NCBI RefSeq assembly: GCF_020745735.1 | Contig: NC_083416.1 | Span: 80,811,131 to 80,875,130, forward strand | Reading direction: 5' to 3' | DNA: 64,000 nt | DNA from: Hemiscyllium ocellatum | Lineage: Eukaryota | Shown: piece after piece, positions 12,790-26,052 of the stretch | How positions within the stretch are numbered: the stretch's first letter is position 1 | Layout of the letters: every line of letters begins with the position of its first letter | Notes under the pieces: model-generated | Seen by the model: the letters and a program-made list of their open reading frames with translations, nothing else | What the model was told of the DNA's origin: nothing | Database searches by the model: none | Position numbers and translations under genes: made by a program

Positions 12790-14860
12790 ACCAAGCATCA
12801 ATTTTGGAAAGATTGGATATTTGTGGATGTGGTGCCAATCAAGCAGACTGCATTTTCTTGTATCGTTTCAAGTTGATTGTGAGATTTTGCAGCCACGATT
12901 ATCAAGGCAAGCGAGGTGCATTCCATCACACTGACTTACCCATTGTATTTGGAGCACAACCTTTGGGGAATGAGGGAATGCATTATATGATGCAGAATGC
13001 ATAGTCCCTGACCTGCTCTTGCAGCCATTGCATACATATGGTGACTCGAGTTCAAATATTTTTCAATGGGATCCCTCAAGAAGATGATAGAGGGGAAATA
13101 GAATGACTCCGTGCTATCCCCATCCTCCCGCTGGACGCTGAGAGGAGATTGAGTAATAGTAACTCGACTGAATGCCAACGAGTGATGCTAAGACTTTATC
13201 TTTCGGTAGATGGTCATTTACTGGTACTTGCATGGCATTAATGCAACTTTCCATTTACCAGCCCAAGTCTTAATACCGTTGTCATCTTCCAGTAATTGGA
13301 TTCAGTTTGGTTCAGTGTGACACCTGTTTAGTATGGTGCTGAACATTGTACAACTATCAATGAATATCCCTCGTTTTCTACATTTTGATGAAAAAAACTA
13401 TGGATAATTTGATCTGTGACATTGCCATCTGGAACTCCTGCATTGTTATCCTGGAACAGGGATTATTCTTTGTTTTACTATTTATTTGTGGCGTGTGTAA
13501 GTCACTGACTGACCAGTATTTATTGCCTGCCCCTAGTTGCCTTTGAGACGCTTATGTTGAGCAGCCTTCTTGAACCATTGCAGTCCACCTGCTATGGGTT
13601 GACCTACAAAGCTATTTGGACGGGAATTCCAGGATTTTGACCAAGCAACAGTGAAGTGATAGTGAAATATTTCCAAGTCAGGATGGTCAGTGGCTTGGAA
13701 GGGACTTTGAAGATGGGGGTGCTCCCACGTATCTGCTACCCTTGTCTCTCTAGATGAAAGTGGTCGTGTATTTAGAAGGTGCTGTCTGAGGACATTTGTT
13801 AAAATTCAGCAGTGCATATTGTAGATAGTGCACATTGCTGCTACTGGCAATCTTTGGTGGGGGGCATGGACGTTTGTGGATGCAGTGCCAATCAAATGGG
13901 CTACGTTATCATGGATGTTAGCAAAATTCTTGAGTGCTGCTGGAGTTACATCCAGCTAGGCTGGTGGAGAGTATACCATGACACTTCTGCCTTGTGTTTT
14001 GTAGATGGTCATAGAGTCAAGCTGATTGCAGTCAGGGGGTTATTTAATCACTGCAGTATTCTTAGCATGTGACTTGCTCTTGCAGCTACTTTCACCGTTT
14101 ATGTGCTGAATACACATGGAACAGCGCTGTATCATTGTCCAAGCAATGATACGTTATTATCTTGCTTTCCACTGACTACAGTTTTGTGAAGCCTGGAGTT
14201 AAAATGTTTGGTCATATGTTGCCTCAATGTCAAGGGAAGTCACTCGCAACTCACTTTGGAGAATGACTATTTTCGCCCATATTTGGATGAAGGATGTAAT
14301 GAGGTCAAGAGTTGAAACACATTTGCAGAATCCAAATTCTTCTTCGCAATTCGTTTGTTTGCAAGATCTGCTTGATAGCACGGTTGAAGAACTCTTCCAG
14401 CACTTTGATGATCATGGAGAAGAAACAGATATGGAAGTAATTGTTGGTTTTGAGTTGTTTTTCTTGCTGTGGACAGACAAACTGGGCAATTGTCCATGTT
14501 GATGAGCGGATGCCATTTTTTTTCAGCTGTGTTGAAGCAACTTGGCAAGTGGCCGATCTTTGCAGACTCCAGCACCGTCATCCATTTCTTCATGCGAGAT
14601 GAAGTGAATGAAATAGTTTTGTGAGTGGCATCTGTGTTGTAGATCTAAGATAGAGGCACACGTTTTGCTGTCTACTGTGTACATTTCCAACTGGTGATGG
14701 GCACAAATGTATTAGTCTTGCATTTTATACTGAATTGACTGGTTCATCCATTGTTGAGAATATACACACTTATTAAACCTCGTCCTCCTGTTAATTTGTC
14801 AATTGTCCACTGCCATTCATGACTGGATCTGGAAGTGCTACAAAACTTAGATCAAATTCG
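12790..14860 (-). mobile_element. Fragmented CR1/L2-like LINE(s)
   Basis: Minus-strand ELRVTSLDIEATYDQ (RT motif resembling LDIKAAFD) and a CPV..K segment. 3'-end-like sequence at ~13480-14040 matches 20375-21010 in reverse. Confidence 0.6.
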
Positions 14861-15629
14861 TTAGTTATGTGATTGCTTTGCAACAAGGTGTGAAACATGA
14901 AATATAAAATAAATCCAGGAGCAAGAGGCTCAATAAATTTTTCCATGCTCATGATGGATTTCCTGGCACACTTGCACAAACACCGAAGCAGGGGCTTATG
15001 TATCCATTATCAGCTAATCCTCAAAGACGACTTGCAAAAAAGGTCAAAAATGCATTTCTTGCCTCGAGCTCGAACTAAAGCCATGAACATTAGACACATT
15101 AAGGAGCTTGAAGTGTGAGTCACAGCAGGACAGAAAGTTCATGCATGTGTTTTTTCTTAAAATACTGAATGCTGTAGATGAAATCGATTAGGATAGAATA
15201 CTTAACTTCCACTGCAGGTAAGAATAGGCGAGGGAAGAAGAGCTGGATAGGCATAATACGAGTGTAATTATTGTGATATGAGTTTTTGTATCCCCAAAGA
15301 CTTATGAATATGCATGTGATCCAGTAAATGTAGTTGATTTATAAAATATCAGTAAATATTCTGGATTTCTAGAAGGTCAGCGGATGATAATGAAAATTTC
15401 AATACAGTAACGTTAATGTTCACTTTTCCAGGACAAAATAAAAACTGTTTGGGGGATTTTAAAAAATCATTAATGATTAAATAAATATGGATAACAAAAT
15501 GAATTATATTATTCTAACAAATGCCTAATCTGATCGTCAGTTGTTCTTTATAATTTAATTCAAGAGTATTTTAATTGTGACAACAAAAACAAAACAGATA
15601 ATCGGAAGAAAATCTTAATTTAATTTTTA

Positions 15630-15860
15630 ATTGTGCAACAAAACATCGGCGCCGCAACATTAACTGCAGTCCTTACAGCTTTAAGAAATCAACGATACCT
15701 TATTTGGTCGAATTTCAATATGCTGGCTTTCAACAATCGAGCGCTGAGATGTGATGAGGGATCCGGACGGCATCTTCACTGCCCAGAAATCTTCACTTCG
15801 GATCAGACGCAGAGCAAAATTTCAGAGCGGGGAGCGCGGGAGCAATTGTTCATCAACTAT
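15630..15860 (+). promoter_or_regulatory. Conserved cPcdh promoter module of unit 2 (pseudogene); both CCAAT boxes mutated
   Basis: ATTGTGCAAC 15630, GCTTTAAGAA 15678, TTTGG 15703, ACAAT 15733, GGATCCGGAC ~15759. Confidence 0.7.
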
Positions 15861-16041
15861 CAGACAATTTTAGAAGAAAATTGTAGACTTCAAAGTGAAA
15901 CAATCTGAGCGAGTTATGAATTATTCAAGTATTTGTAACATTCCCAGTTGTTTCAGCTTTTCAAAATATAAATAGAATATTACGGAAAATAATTCATGGT
16001 GCGGAAAGGTTCTGATATAAGGGGAATGTTTGAAGCTGGAA

Positions 16042-18595
16042 ATGAGATCTAAAATATATTGGCTGATAAAATATCAGTCGTTGCACTGTGTATTCACATG
16101 AAATTTGGTGTTTGGGCAGATTCGTTACACAATTCCAGAGGAACTGCATTCCCTTTGTTGGGAATATCACTGGGGATTTGGGTTTAGATATAAAACAGCC
16201 CTCTGCTCGCAGCTTTCGGATTGTACAGGGGCCGAGGAAACAATATGTAGTCATTAATTTAGATGCAGTAATATTATTTGTGAAGGAAACAATTGACAGA
16301 AAAGAGATTTGCGTCATCATCGTGAGTTGTGTGTTAGCCTTGGAAGGTTTACTTGAAAACCCACTAAAGCTTATCGGGTTGCAGGGGAGGTTCTCGATGT
16401 GAATACCAATGCTTCCAGTTTCGCGAAGAGAAAATTCCACTTCGAAATCTTAGCGCTTTCTTCGCCGGGAACGCGTTTTCCACTCGAGTCCGCGCGAGAT
16501 CCAGTCATTCGGACCAACTCAGTACAAGCTTGTGAGCTCCTTCCCAATGATCATTCTATTCTTGATGTAGAAATGCGCTGTGGAAAAGGGAAATAGCCAG
16601 TATTCGTGCTGAAGAGTTCGCTGAATATAGAAGCGGAATCCAGTTGCAGGTTTATGCTGATAGCGAAGGACACGGCTTCCCTGCAAGGTTAGGCACGGTT
16701 CACGTCATAATCTTCGTAAAAGACAATGCCCCCGCCTTCCCTGAGTCAGTTTGTGGAGTTAGCCTGTGAGAGAATGCAGATATAGGAATTCAGGTAATCA
16801 TATTAAATGCCACCGACTTGGACGATAATTCCACTCGAAAAACAACTGACGGCACCATTTGGAGGGCATCTGGATGGGTATATCGGTGGGGGGAGTTTGG
16901 AGGGATGTGGGCCAAAGTGTTGTCATGTGGAACTGGATTGGGTTGGGATGTCTGGTCGGCATGGACAAGTTGGACCGAAGGGTCTGTTATCTTTAACTCT
17001 TTAACTCTTTACTATCACAGCAGTCGTACTCTATGTTGAGTTTGGAAAATGTTTCGCGTGGATTCAGGGTGAAACGGAAGCTAGATTATGAAGAACACAG
17101 CGTTTTTGAGATAAATATTCAAACCACCGACTGACGTTCTGACACTATGTGGGGGCACTGTGATATCCTGATGAATATAATTGACGTGGTTGATAATCCG
17201 CCTGACGTGACGTTGACGTCTTTGTCTCGGACAGTCTCAGAAGATGCTACAACTGGGATTGTAGTCGCTGTGTTTAGTGCAGGAGATAACAATTGGGCAG
17301 ACATGAGCAGGTATAATGGCAACTAGCAAGCACACTACCCTTTAAAGCGGATTCTTCGTTGGAGAATTATTACGCAATACTTATTAAACATTCTCTAAAT
17401 CGGGAGGATAACTCCAAATATGATATGGATTAAAATGCACGGATGCCGGAAATCCTCCTCTTACATCAAAGAAAGCCATTCGGGTAGAGATTGCTGATAT
17501 AAATGACAATGCGCCACAGTTTGGGCAATCGTACACTGCAAGCATAATGGAAAACAATGTTTTTGGCGCTTCTATATTTTCTATTACAACCCCTGATCCA
17601 GATATTGGGCTGAACGCACGACTCATGTACTACATCCTTGAGAGACAAGTTCAGAATGCCTCCGTATCCACTTTCATCCTTTTTATTTTAGAGACTGGTG
17701 CCATATTCGGTCATAGATCTTTTAACTACGAGAGATTGAAACGCTTTCAGATCCAAGCTCGGGTCATGGACTCTGGGATGCCAACGCTTGCAAGTAATGT
17801 GTCAGCGAATATTATTATGTTCGATCAAAATAACAATGTTCCAGTTATCATGCAGCCATTAGCCGATTTTGGATAAACAGCTATAGAAACAATGTCCAGG
17901 TTTGTGGAACCAGGCTATTTGGTTACCAAGCTATTGGCTACTGAAGCTGACGCTGGTCAGAACGCTCAGCTCTCTTATTCCCTTGTTCATGCTTCCCATC
18001 ATTTTTATAATTTCACCAGATACTTGGGAAATATGGACTGCATGGCGTTTCGATAATATACATGTCACCAAACAAAGTTTGATTGTTGCATTGAAAGATA
18101 ATGTAACACCATCACTTTCTGCCAGATTCACCATCATCGTAACTGTCCTAAATAGTGACAGTGAAACATTCTCGACTGGCTGTAGTTCGCGTGAAGGCAC
18201 CCAGGCTATTCATGATCTGGGTTTCCCTTAGTTATCTGATTGGGAGCAACTTATTTTAAGTTCATAAAGGCAGAAATGCTTTGGCTGGCCTCTGCTATTC
18301 TATGGGAGTCTGTAGTTTCCTTGAACCCAGGTATTCTCTGAATGGAATTCAAAAAGCCAATATAAACCTTCAAAGACCGCTAAACATTGTTAAGGGTATT
18401 CGGAGGTGACCCACTTTCTCAGCGATTCCGCTCTGATTCCTGTTCACATTGCAATCAACAAAGACAGAATTCATAGCATCCAATGCATGCAGGTCACCTA
18501 CATATAGGAATTGCGTTCAGACTGACTCTATCAGGAAGGAACCCACAATAATGATTGGTTCTAAAAAAAACTATAGTAACACCACAAGCACCAAA
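16042..18595 (+). pseudogene. Clustered protocadherin variable exon pseudogene (unit 2)
   Basis: Homologous along its length in several frames (FVGNITGDLGLDIKQ, MENNVFGASIFS, QSTKTEF). Stops at 16594 and 17874, LINE insertion 16848-17009, TM region deleted, weak donor AAA|GTTAGT. Confidence 0.9.
16848..17009 (+). mobile_element. 5'-truncated CR1-like LINE 3' end inserted in unit 2
   Basis: Removing it rejoins ACA ACT|TAC TAT (paralog EIT|YS). Ends ggaccgaagggtctgtt...(ctttaact)2. Confidence 0.75.
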
Positions 18596-20374
18596 GTTAG
18601 TACCTTTTTCATTAGGAACGGGCATCTTCGAAGATCTGACCTGGATGTGCATATGGATTTGTGCAAATGGGTTGCTTGAAATGGGTAGCATTGACCTCTG
18701 AAAAATATATAATTCACGGTTATTTGTACTGTTTCTACATCCTCAAATCTCGAACAGATCGTAATGGTGGTTGTAATAAGTCCCCAAACCCTCTCCTAAT
18801 TGTGTATCTCTTATACAACATTAGCCAAGTTAAAATGGTTTCGAGGATCCAACACTGTTTGTCGGCACCTTCTGCACCAACGAGAATGTAAGTAAATATA
18901 TGGGATATACTGGCTTTGCCACGTGCACTCAAAACATTGAAGTTGAAGTATCTGGCAAGTCAACTTGTGTATACATTGACTACAGCCCATCATCGTTACA
19001 GAATATTGCACATTCGACTTGCAGTTCCACACAAGTTATGTAACTAAGTTACCCAGTTCCTAGTTATCATGGTCTCATTTTGGCCGCACTAATGATGTAA
19101 TGTTGACATATTTCTGAGTCTTTGAACATTATACATTTATCAGGTTGTCTTATATTATTAAACATCGTACAAATGAAACAAATGAATTGTTTAAACAATT
19201 CAATGTATGGAAAACAATCATTTTGCAATTATTTTACTGTGCCATATGTCCCTGAAGTAACATTTCTGAGCATAATTTTTCAACAAAGCGTCACATGCTC
19301 ATGCAATATGTCAATCTTCTCTCCTGTATTTGGAATCCAGTCAGCACAGGTTGAAATTGTGAAAGTACACTTCACTAACGCTGGAAGAAAGGTTTCTTTA
19401 GGTCTGTACAATATTTTATAAGAATATGTATTCTAGTGGCTTTTGTGTCCATAGAGAATAAGTGCAATTTTTATTCTGATACAAAACTGAATTAAAATCT
19501 GTTCAGGCGCTTTGAATTGTGAAAATACATGCCCTTATTTGGGAGATTCTGCCAATGAGGCCGCTGTCCAAACCAGTCACTTCTTTCAAAGACATTGTGT
19601 TCTAAGGATGCAGGATGAATCTGGCACATGTGTTTCTCTCCCTTGAAAGTAAAAATTGTTTAGCCCATTAAAGTACATGTGTTGTCTAGCCCATGGCGAT
19701 TTCATCCAAGCAGTAGAGACGAAACTGAAGCCAACGCATTCGATAAGAGATAGTACTTTTATAATCCGATGTTCTAACCTTCTCTTCTGGACTTGAATTT
19801 TGATCAGAATGTTGAATCTCTATGGTGGTTTTACCTCACTAACATCAAGGTTAAAATGAGTGCTTGCACGGTTGGCGAATTACATCAGAATGAGCAGAAC
19901 GAAGCCTTCATTTTGACCTGATAATATATTTCAGGTTTTTGTTTAAATGCGGTACCAAGGGCCAAAAATTGATCAGTTGTCGTTTTAAGTCTTGAGGTGG
20001 TGGACGTTCGTGATGATGATGCAACAGTCCAGCTATAGAACAAAATAGGAAACATTTCACAACCATTGACCGAGTAGTCCAACTAAGAATCAGGAAGCAC
20101 CAAAATGTGCAGATCATAATAGAAATAATAATTTGCATCATGAACTAAAATAGAATCGATCAAAGTATTCCCAAATCTGGAACAAATCAATGTATCACAT
20201 TAATGAGGATTTTCATGGACAGAGGATTTTCAAGACAGAAGTGGCTCTGGTACAGGATTTTAAGCATCATAGAATTGATGACAAGTGACAAAGGAAATGA
20301 AAGTTCGCATGGTTCCAGGTGAATGTAGGTTTTTTTTTCACACGACATAAGGACAATTTAGCAACACTATCAAG

Positions 20375-21010
20375 CCATGGGATTGCAATGACTAGGCACT
20401 CAATTGGACCCGCCATACAACCATAGTGGCTACAAAAACAGGTCAGAAGCCAGGAATACTATGGTAGGTAACTCAGCTCTTGACTGTCCAAAAGCTGTCC
20501 AACATTTACAAGGCACAAGTCAGGAGTGTGATTTAATAATCCGCATTTACATCAATGGGTAAATTTCCAACACTCAAAAAGCAGGGCAAAGCAACCTGCT
20601 GGATTGGCATATCTACAAGCATCCATTCCCACCACCGCTGAGGCTCAGCAGCTGCATAGTGTATTATTTGCAAGATGCAGTACAGAAATTCATCAAAGTT
20701 TCTAATAAAACACATTCCAAATCCACAACCATTTCCATCTAGAAGATCAAGAGCAGCAGACATATAGGAACATCTTCAAGTTCCACTCAAAGCCACACAC
20801 CATCCTTACTTGGAAATTTTTCACGTTACTTTCATTATCACTGGGTAAAAATCCTGGACTTTCTTTCGCAAGAGCAATGTGTATTCACCTACAGTGCAGG
20901 GACTATTATGGTTCAAGAAGGCAACTCATTCCCACTTTCTCAAGGCATCTCAGGATAGGTGATAAATGCTGGACAGCCAGTAGTGAACTCATTCCGATAG
21001 TGAATTTAAA
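20375..21010 (+). mobile_element. CR1/L2-like LINE 3' portion
   Basis: aacatttacaaggcacaagtcaggagtgtg translates NIYKAQVRSV; 3' UTR-like end ...gataaatgctggacagccag. Confidence 0.6.
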
Positions 21011-21959
21011 ACAAGACCTAAATATTTTAGGAACTGGAAATCAGAACCATCCTGATAATATCTGACTTAAATTGCTACAATGGACTTCACAATTAAACAC
21101 CTGGTTTACAGCACCTGTGCATATCTCCTCAGGTTTGCACCTGCATGGTTATTTGGATTGTAAGAGGTCCTCACAGTATACAATGTTACATCATGTAGAG
21201 TGCATATAATAAATGGCAAGTTCTTCATGGATACCTTCTTGGATCTCTACCTTTCCTAACCATGCTAAATTACTGGGATCCTCAATGATCAGATTACTAC
21301 TTCATTCCATGAAGCAGAAGTGCATCAGAAGATAAGGGTTATGAGGAAAACAATTAGTTCCAGAATCACATTTAATAATTATAAGGGGCATCTTTGAGAC
21401 ATTAGGTTTATTTGTTTTGTATTAAAAAAAACTAGTTCATACGTGTAAAATTAGAGAGAAAACGTCAGAAAATGGAAGGAAGTATATGTTTAACGCTGAA
21501 CTACTTAGGCAAATGAAAGATGCAATAATATAACAAACCAAAAATGTACTTAAACGTTAATAATTGAGAGTCACAAAAAGTAATTGCACTGAAACAGAAA
21601 TAATGTCATGATTGGTTTTTGAGTATTGTCTTTGATACTGAGCAAAAATGTTTTCACTACGTTAGAACTCGTACATTTACCATGATGATTACAGTCATTT
21701 ACAATACTTACTTTCGAACAACAATAGGTGCATGATTCACTGCAGAAAAGAGAACAGCAAGGGTCGTGTATGTTTGCATTTCAACTTTTGAAAGCTGTTA
21801 GTTAAATTGAAGAGAATAAAGTTCGCATATAGGCCTTAATGTAAGTTTTGGAGGAAATGTGATGTTGATTCGGCATTTGGATCTGGATTTCGCGCTGGTT
21901 TCTAGATCTATATGTGCTGTCCACACGTCAGTGTACGTATGACGCAAAGAGTGAAGGTT

Positions 21960-22352
21960 ATTGCAGAATAAACAGTTTTCTCACAGCATGAAAATAGTTA
22001 AAGCTTTGAGTTCAAACCCTTATGATCAGAACTGAAGGTGCGGAAAATCATACATGAATGGGAATTGAATAAAACTACTCAGTCTAATAAGTGGCTTTGA
22101 ATTTTTTAGCTCTTCCTTTTATTCTACACTGTTGACAAACCCCAGCACAATCACACCATCTACTTTATTCACTCTTCCACACCTTTGTTAACTGCATATA
22201 AAACAGTAACTTCCAGGACGAATCAGGTCAGAACTTAGCTTTACTCGAAAACGTTAACTCTGCTTCTCGCTCCACAGACACTGCCAGACCTGCTGAGTTT
22301 CTCCAGAATTCTTTGATTTTGTTTTAATACTGCATCAAGTGTCCAGCATCTA
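21960..22352. mobile_element. Decayed palindromic Penelope-derived element
   Basis: Right arm gaaaacgttaactctgcttctcgctccacagacactgccagacctgctgagtttctccag resembles 8167-8220; left arm weak. Confidence 0.45.
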
Positions 22353-22674
22353 TTTGATTTTGCTTAACTGTAACAAAATGGTGAGCTGGATTTTTAGAAT
22401 GGAAATTGAGGATTATGGAATTCTCAACAGATTAATGAATATTAATTGGTTGCGTCAGAGAATGAGAAATAATTTAGCTTTTCTTTCGTGAAATATCAGC
22501 TTGTTGGTGATGAACGCAAGAAGTGAACATTCATACATACACGGGAATTGAATATAACTACCAAGTCTAGTAAGTGGCTTTGAATCTTTTAGTTCTTCCT
22601 TTTGTTAGCTTTTAAGAAATCCAGCTCTCATTTTTATTTGCATTTCACTAACGGAACGCTGAATCCAATTTTAA

Positions 22675-22880
22675 ATTGTGCAACAATAAATCGAAGCACA
22701 AACACTCGCATCAAACAGTGCAGCTTTAAGAAGCAGAGCATGCGTTCATTGGTCAAATTTCAATGTGCTATTCTTCTCCAATCAGAAGCTCAAATGTGAC
22801 TGGGGATCCGGACTGCCCCTTCTCTACCCAGACACCATCACGTCCGACCAGACGCAGAGTAAAATTGAAGCAGCTCGGGT
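22675..22880 (+). promoter_or_regulatory. Conserved cPcdh promoter module of unit 3
   Basis: ATTGTGCAAC 22675, GCTTTAAGAA 22723, ATTGG 22748, CCAATCAG 22778, GGGGATCCGGAC 22802, CTACCCAGACACCATCACGTC. Confidence 0.8.
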
Positions 22881-23044
22881 GCACATTTAGACAAGGTTAG
22901 AAGATTTAATTCCAATAATTCGAGCGATTCGGGAAACATCCAGGTATTTGCTCCGTCGTAGATGTTCCAACTTATAAATCTGCAATGAGGATAATTCAAA
23001 GTGCGAGCACATTCTGAAACAAAGGGGAATGATTGAAGCTAGAA

Positions 23045-25507
23045 ATGAGATGTAATATTTATTCGCTGCTAAAATGGCAATTATTGTACTGTACTTTCTC
23101 CTCGTGGAATCTAGTGCTTGGGCAGATTCGTTACACGATTCCTGAAGAGCTGCGGCTGGGTGCCTTTGTTGGAAATATCGCAGAGGATTTGGGCTTAGAT
23201 GTAAAACAACTCTCAGCTCGCAGTTTTCGGCTTGTACCCGGTCCCAGAAAACAGTACGTGGATATCAATTTGGACACTGGTATTTTATTCGTGAAGGAAA
23301 AAATTGACAGAGAAGAGATTTGCGGCCCGACCCTGAGTTGTGTTTTATCGTTGGGCGGTTTGCTTGAAAACCCTTTAAAGCTCTACAAGGTTATAGTAGA
23401 GATTCTCGATGTAAATGACAATGCTCCCTCTTTTCCAAAGAGACAATTCCACCTACAAATATCCGAGCGTTCTATTCCGGGAATGCACTTTCCCCTCGAG
23501 ACGGCGCACGATTTGGACGTTGGAACTAACTCCGTGCAAAAATACGAACTGGTTCCCAACAATTATTTTGTTCTCGACGTTGGGACAGGCGAAGGAAAAT
23601 TGCCCGTATTGGTGCTACAGAATTCGTTGGATAGAGAAAAGGATTCCAGCCACAGCTTAACGTTGATAGCCAAGGACGGCGGGATCCCTGTGAGATCGGG
23701 TACAGTTCAGATCATAATCATTGTAAAGGATACAAACGACAACGCTCCTATCTTCTTCCAGACGGAATATCGAGTCAGCTTATTAGAAACTGCACCAATA
23801 GGGACGCAAGTAATCATACTAAATGCTACCGACTCGGATGATGGTCTAAATGGAGAGATTAGCTATTCACTTAGCAGCCACACTTCAGCTCCAGCTCGGG
23901 AAATGTTTAGAGTGGATGCCAAGACTGGCGAAATACTAGTTAAAGGCAAGTTGGACTATGAAGAAAGCAATAACTTTGAGCTTAGCATACAAGCCAGTGA
24001 CGGGGGATCAGACTCAATGTCAGGGCATTGCGTAGTTCTGGTGAATATTATTGATGTGAATGATAACCCTCCTGACGTGACGTTGACATCTTTATCTCGC
24101 ACAGTTTCAGAAGATGTTGCACTTGGGTCCGTGGTCGCTCTTTTCAGCGCCGCAGATAAAGACTCGGGGAGAAACGGGCAGGTGCAATGTCAAATTTCAA
24201 ATGAATTACCCTTCCGACTCGATTCTTCTCTGGAAAACTTTTATGGAATACTTGTTCATCAGGCACTAGACCGGGAAAACGTCTCCAACTATGGTATTAC
24301 AATAACATGCACGGATGCCGGAAATCCTCCACTTACGTCGGAAAAAACCGTTCGAGTAGACGTTTCAGATATAAATGATAATGCCCCACTGTTCACACAG
24401 TCTTTATATACCGCACATGTCAAGGAGAACAATACTATTGGCGTTTCTATTTTTTCCATCACAGCCTTTGATCCAGATATTGGACTGAACGCTCAACTGA
24501 CATACTCTATCTTGGAAACTCAAGTTTTGAACGCTTCGGTATCCACTTACGTGACTGTTAACTCGAAAACCGGTGTCATATTTGCACAGAGGTCTTTCGA
24601 CTACGAGAAATTGAAAAACTTCCAGATCCAAGTTCAGGTCGTGGACTCTGGGACACCACCACTCACAAGTAATGTTTCGGTAAATATTATAATCCTTGAT
24701 CACAATGACAATGCTCCGGTCATTGTACAACCATTAGCCCAATTTGGATCAACAGCAGTCGAGACATTATCCAGGTTTGCAGAACCAGGTTGCTTGGTTG
24801 CCAAGATATCAGCCACTGACTCTGATGCTGGTCAAAACGCTCGAATCACTTATTTGATTTTTCAGGCTACCCAGCATAACCTTTTTACTATTTCACCAGA
24901 CACTGGCCAGATTTGGACAATACGTCGTATCGCGAATACTGATGCCTCCAAGCAAAGATTAGTGATTATTGCAAAAGATAATGGACAACCATCACTTTCT
25001 GCCACAGTGACCATCATCTTATCCGTGGTTGGTGGCGATACTGCAACATTCTCCAGCGTCAGCGGTTCATTTGAAGATCCTACATTTACTCCTGAGCTGG
25101 GCCTTTCCTTGGTCATCGTATTTGGAGGAATTTCTATCATATTTCTCGTGGTTTTAATTATTCTCGCTGTGATGATTCATAGAAGCAGAAATATTACGAA
25201 TAGTCAGCACTGTTCCCTAAGACTCTGTTGTTGTGCAGAAACAAGGCATTCTTTTAACGGAATTCAAAAAGCCAGTAGAAATCTCCAGATACCCCCGAAC
25301 TACGTCGAGGTGTTCGGTGGTGATCCACTTTCTCAGAGGTTCCGCTATGAGTCATGTTCAACATTGCAGTCAACAAAGGGAGAAATCATTCACCCCAACA
25401 TTTGCAGATCATATACAGACAGCAATTATGTCCGAAATGAGACTATCAGGAAAGAAAACACACGAGCAGTTAATTCTGAAAATTGCAGCAACACGTTAAA
25501 GAATAAG
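23045..25507 (+). CDS. Clustered protocadherin variable exon, intact (unit 3; gamma-like/chondrichthyan subcluster), 821 codons
   Basis: Signal peptide, QIRYTIPEE start of EC1, Cys-X5-Cys (CGPTLSC), DRE/DYE, DxD and DxNDN motifs of six EC repeats, TM, Cys cluster, NYVEVFGGDPLSQRFRYESC. Phase-0 donor AAG|GTGAGG at 25507/25508. Confidence 0.95.
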
Positions 25508-25761
25508 GTGAGGGGCCTTTTAATGAAGAATATGAGCCTCACAGCTTTGAATTGGATGTGTGGCAATAGTTGGAAACATGCATGTTTAAATTATTAAAAT
25601 ATAAGTAGCAACTGTTATTGCCGAAAGTAACATCTGCTGGTATCGTTCCTGGTAATATTTATATGCTTTCCATTGTAACAGGATTACAATATTAGATGGT
25701 ACAGTTGAGTTAAAATTGTGTTCTAGCAGCTTTGGTTACCTGTTGGGAATTTCTAAAACTT

Positions 25762-26052
25762 TTAGATTAGATTAGATTACTTACAGTATGGAAACAGGCC
25801 CTTCGGCCCAACAAGTGCACACCGACCCGCCGAAGCGCAACCCACCCATACCCCTACATTTACCCCTTACCTAACACTACGGGCAATTTAGCATGGCCAA
25901 TTCACCTGACCTGGGAGGAAACCGGAGCAAACCCACGCAGACACGGGGAGAATGTGCAAATTCCACACAGTCAGTCACCTGAGGCGGGAATTGAACCCAG
26001 GTCCCTGGCGCTGTGAGGCAGCAGTGCTAACCACTGTGCCACTGTGCCGCCC
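25762..26052 (-). mobile_element. HE1-type tRNA-derived SINE with small internal deletions
   Basis: Reverse complement of 33817-34130, with (tagat)n tail at the left end and gggcggcac head at the right end. Confidence 0.85.

Noticed and set aside
23667-23685. GCCAAGGACGGCGG in EC2 as an exonic CTCF site
   Set aside because: Spacing does not fit CCASYAGRKGGC, and the conserved AKDGG codons explain it.
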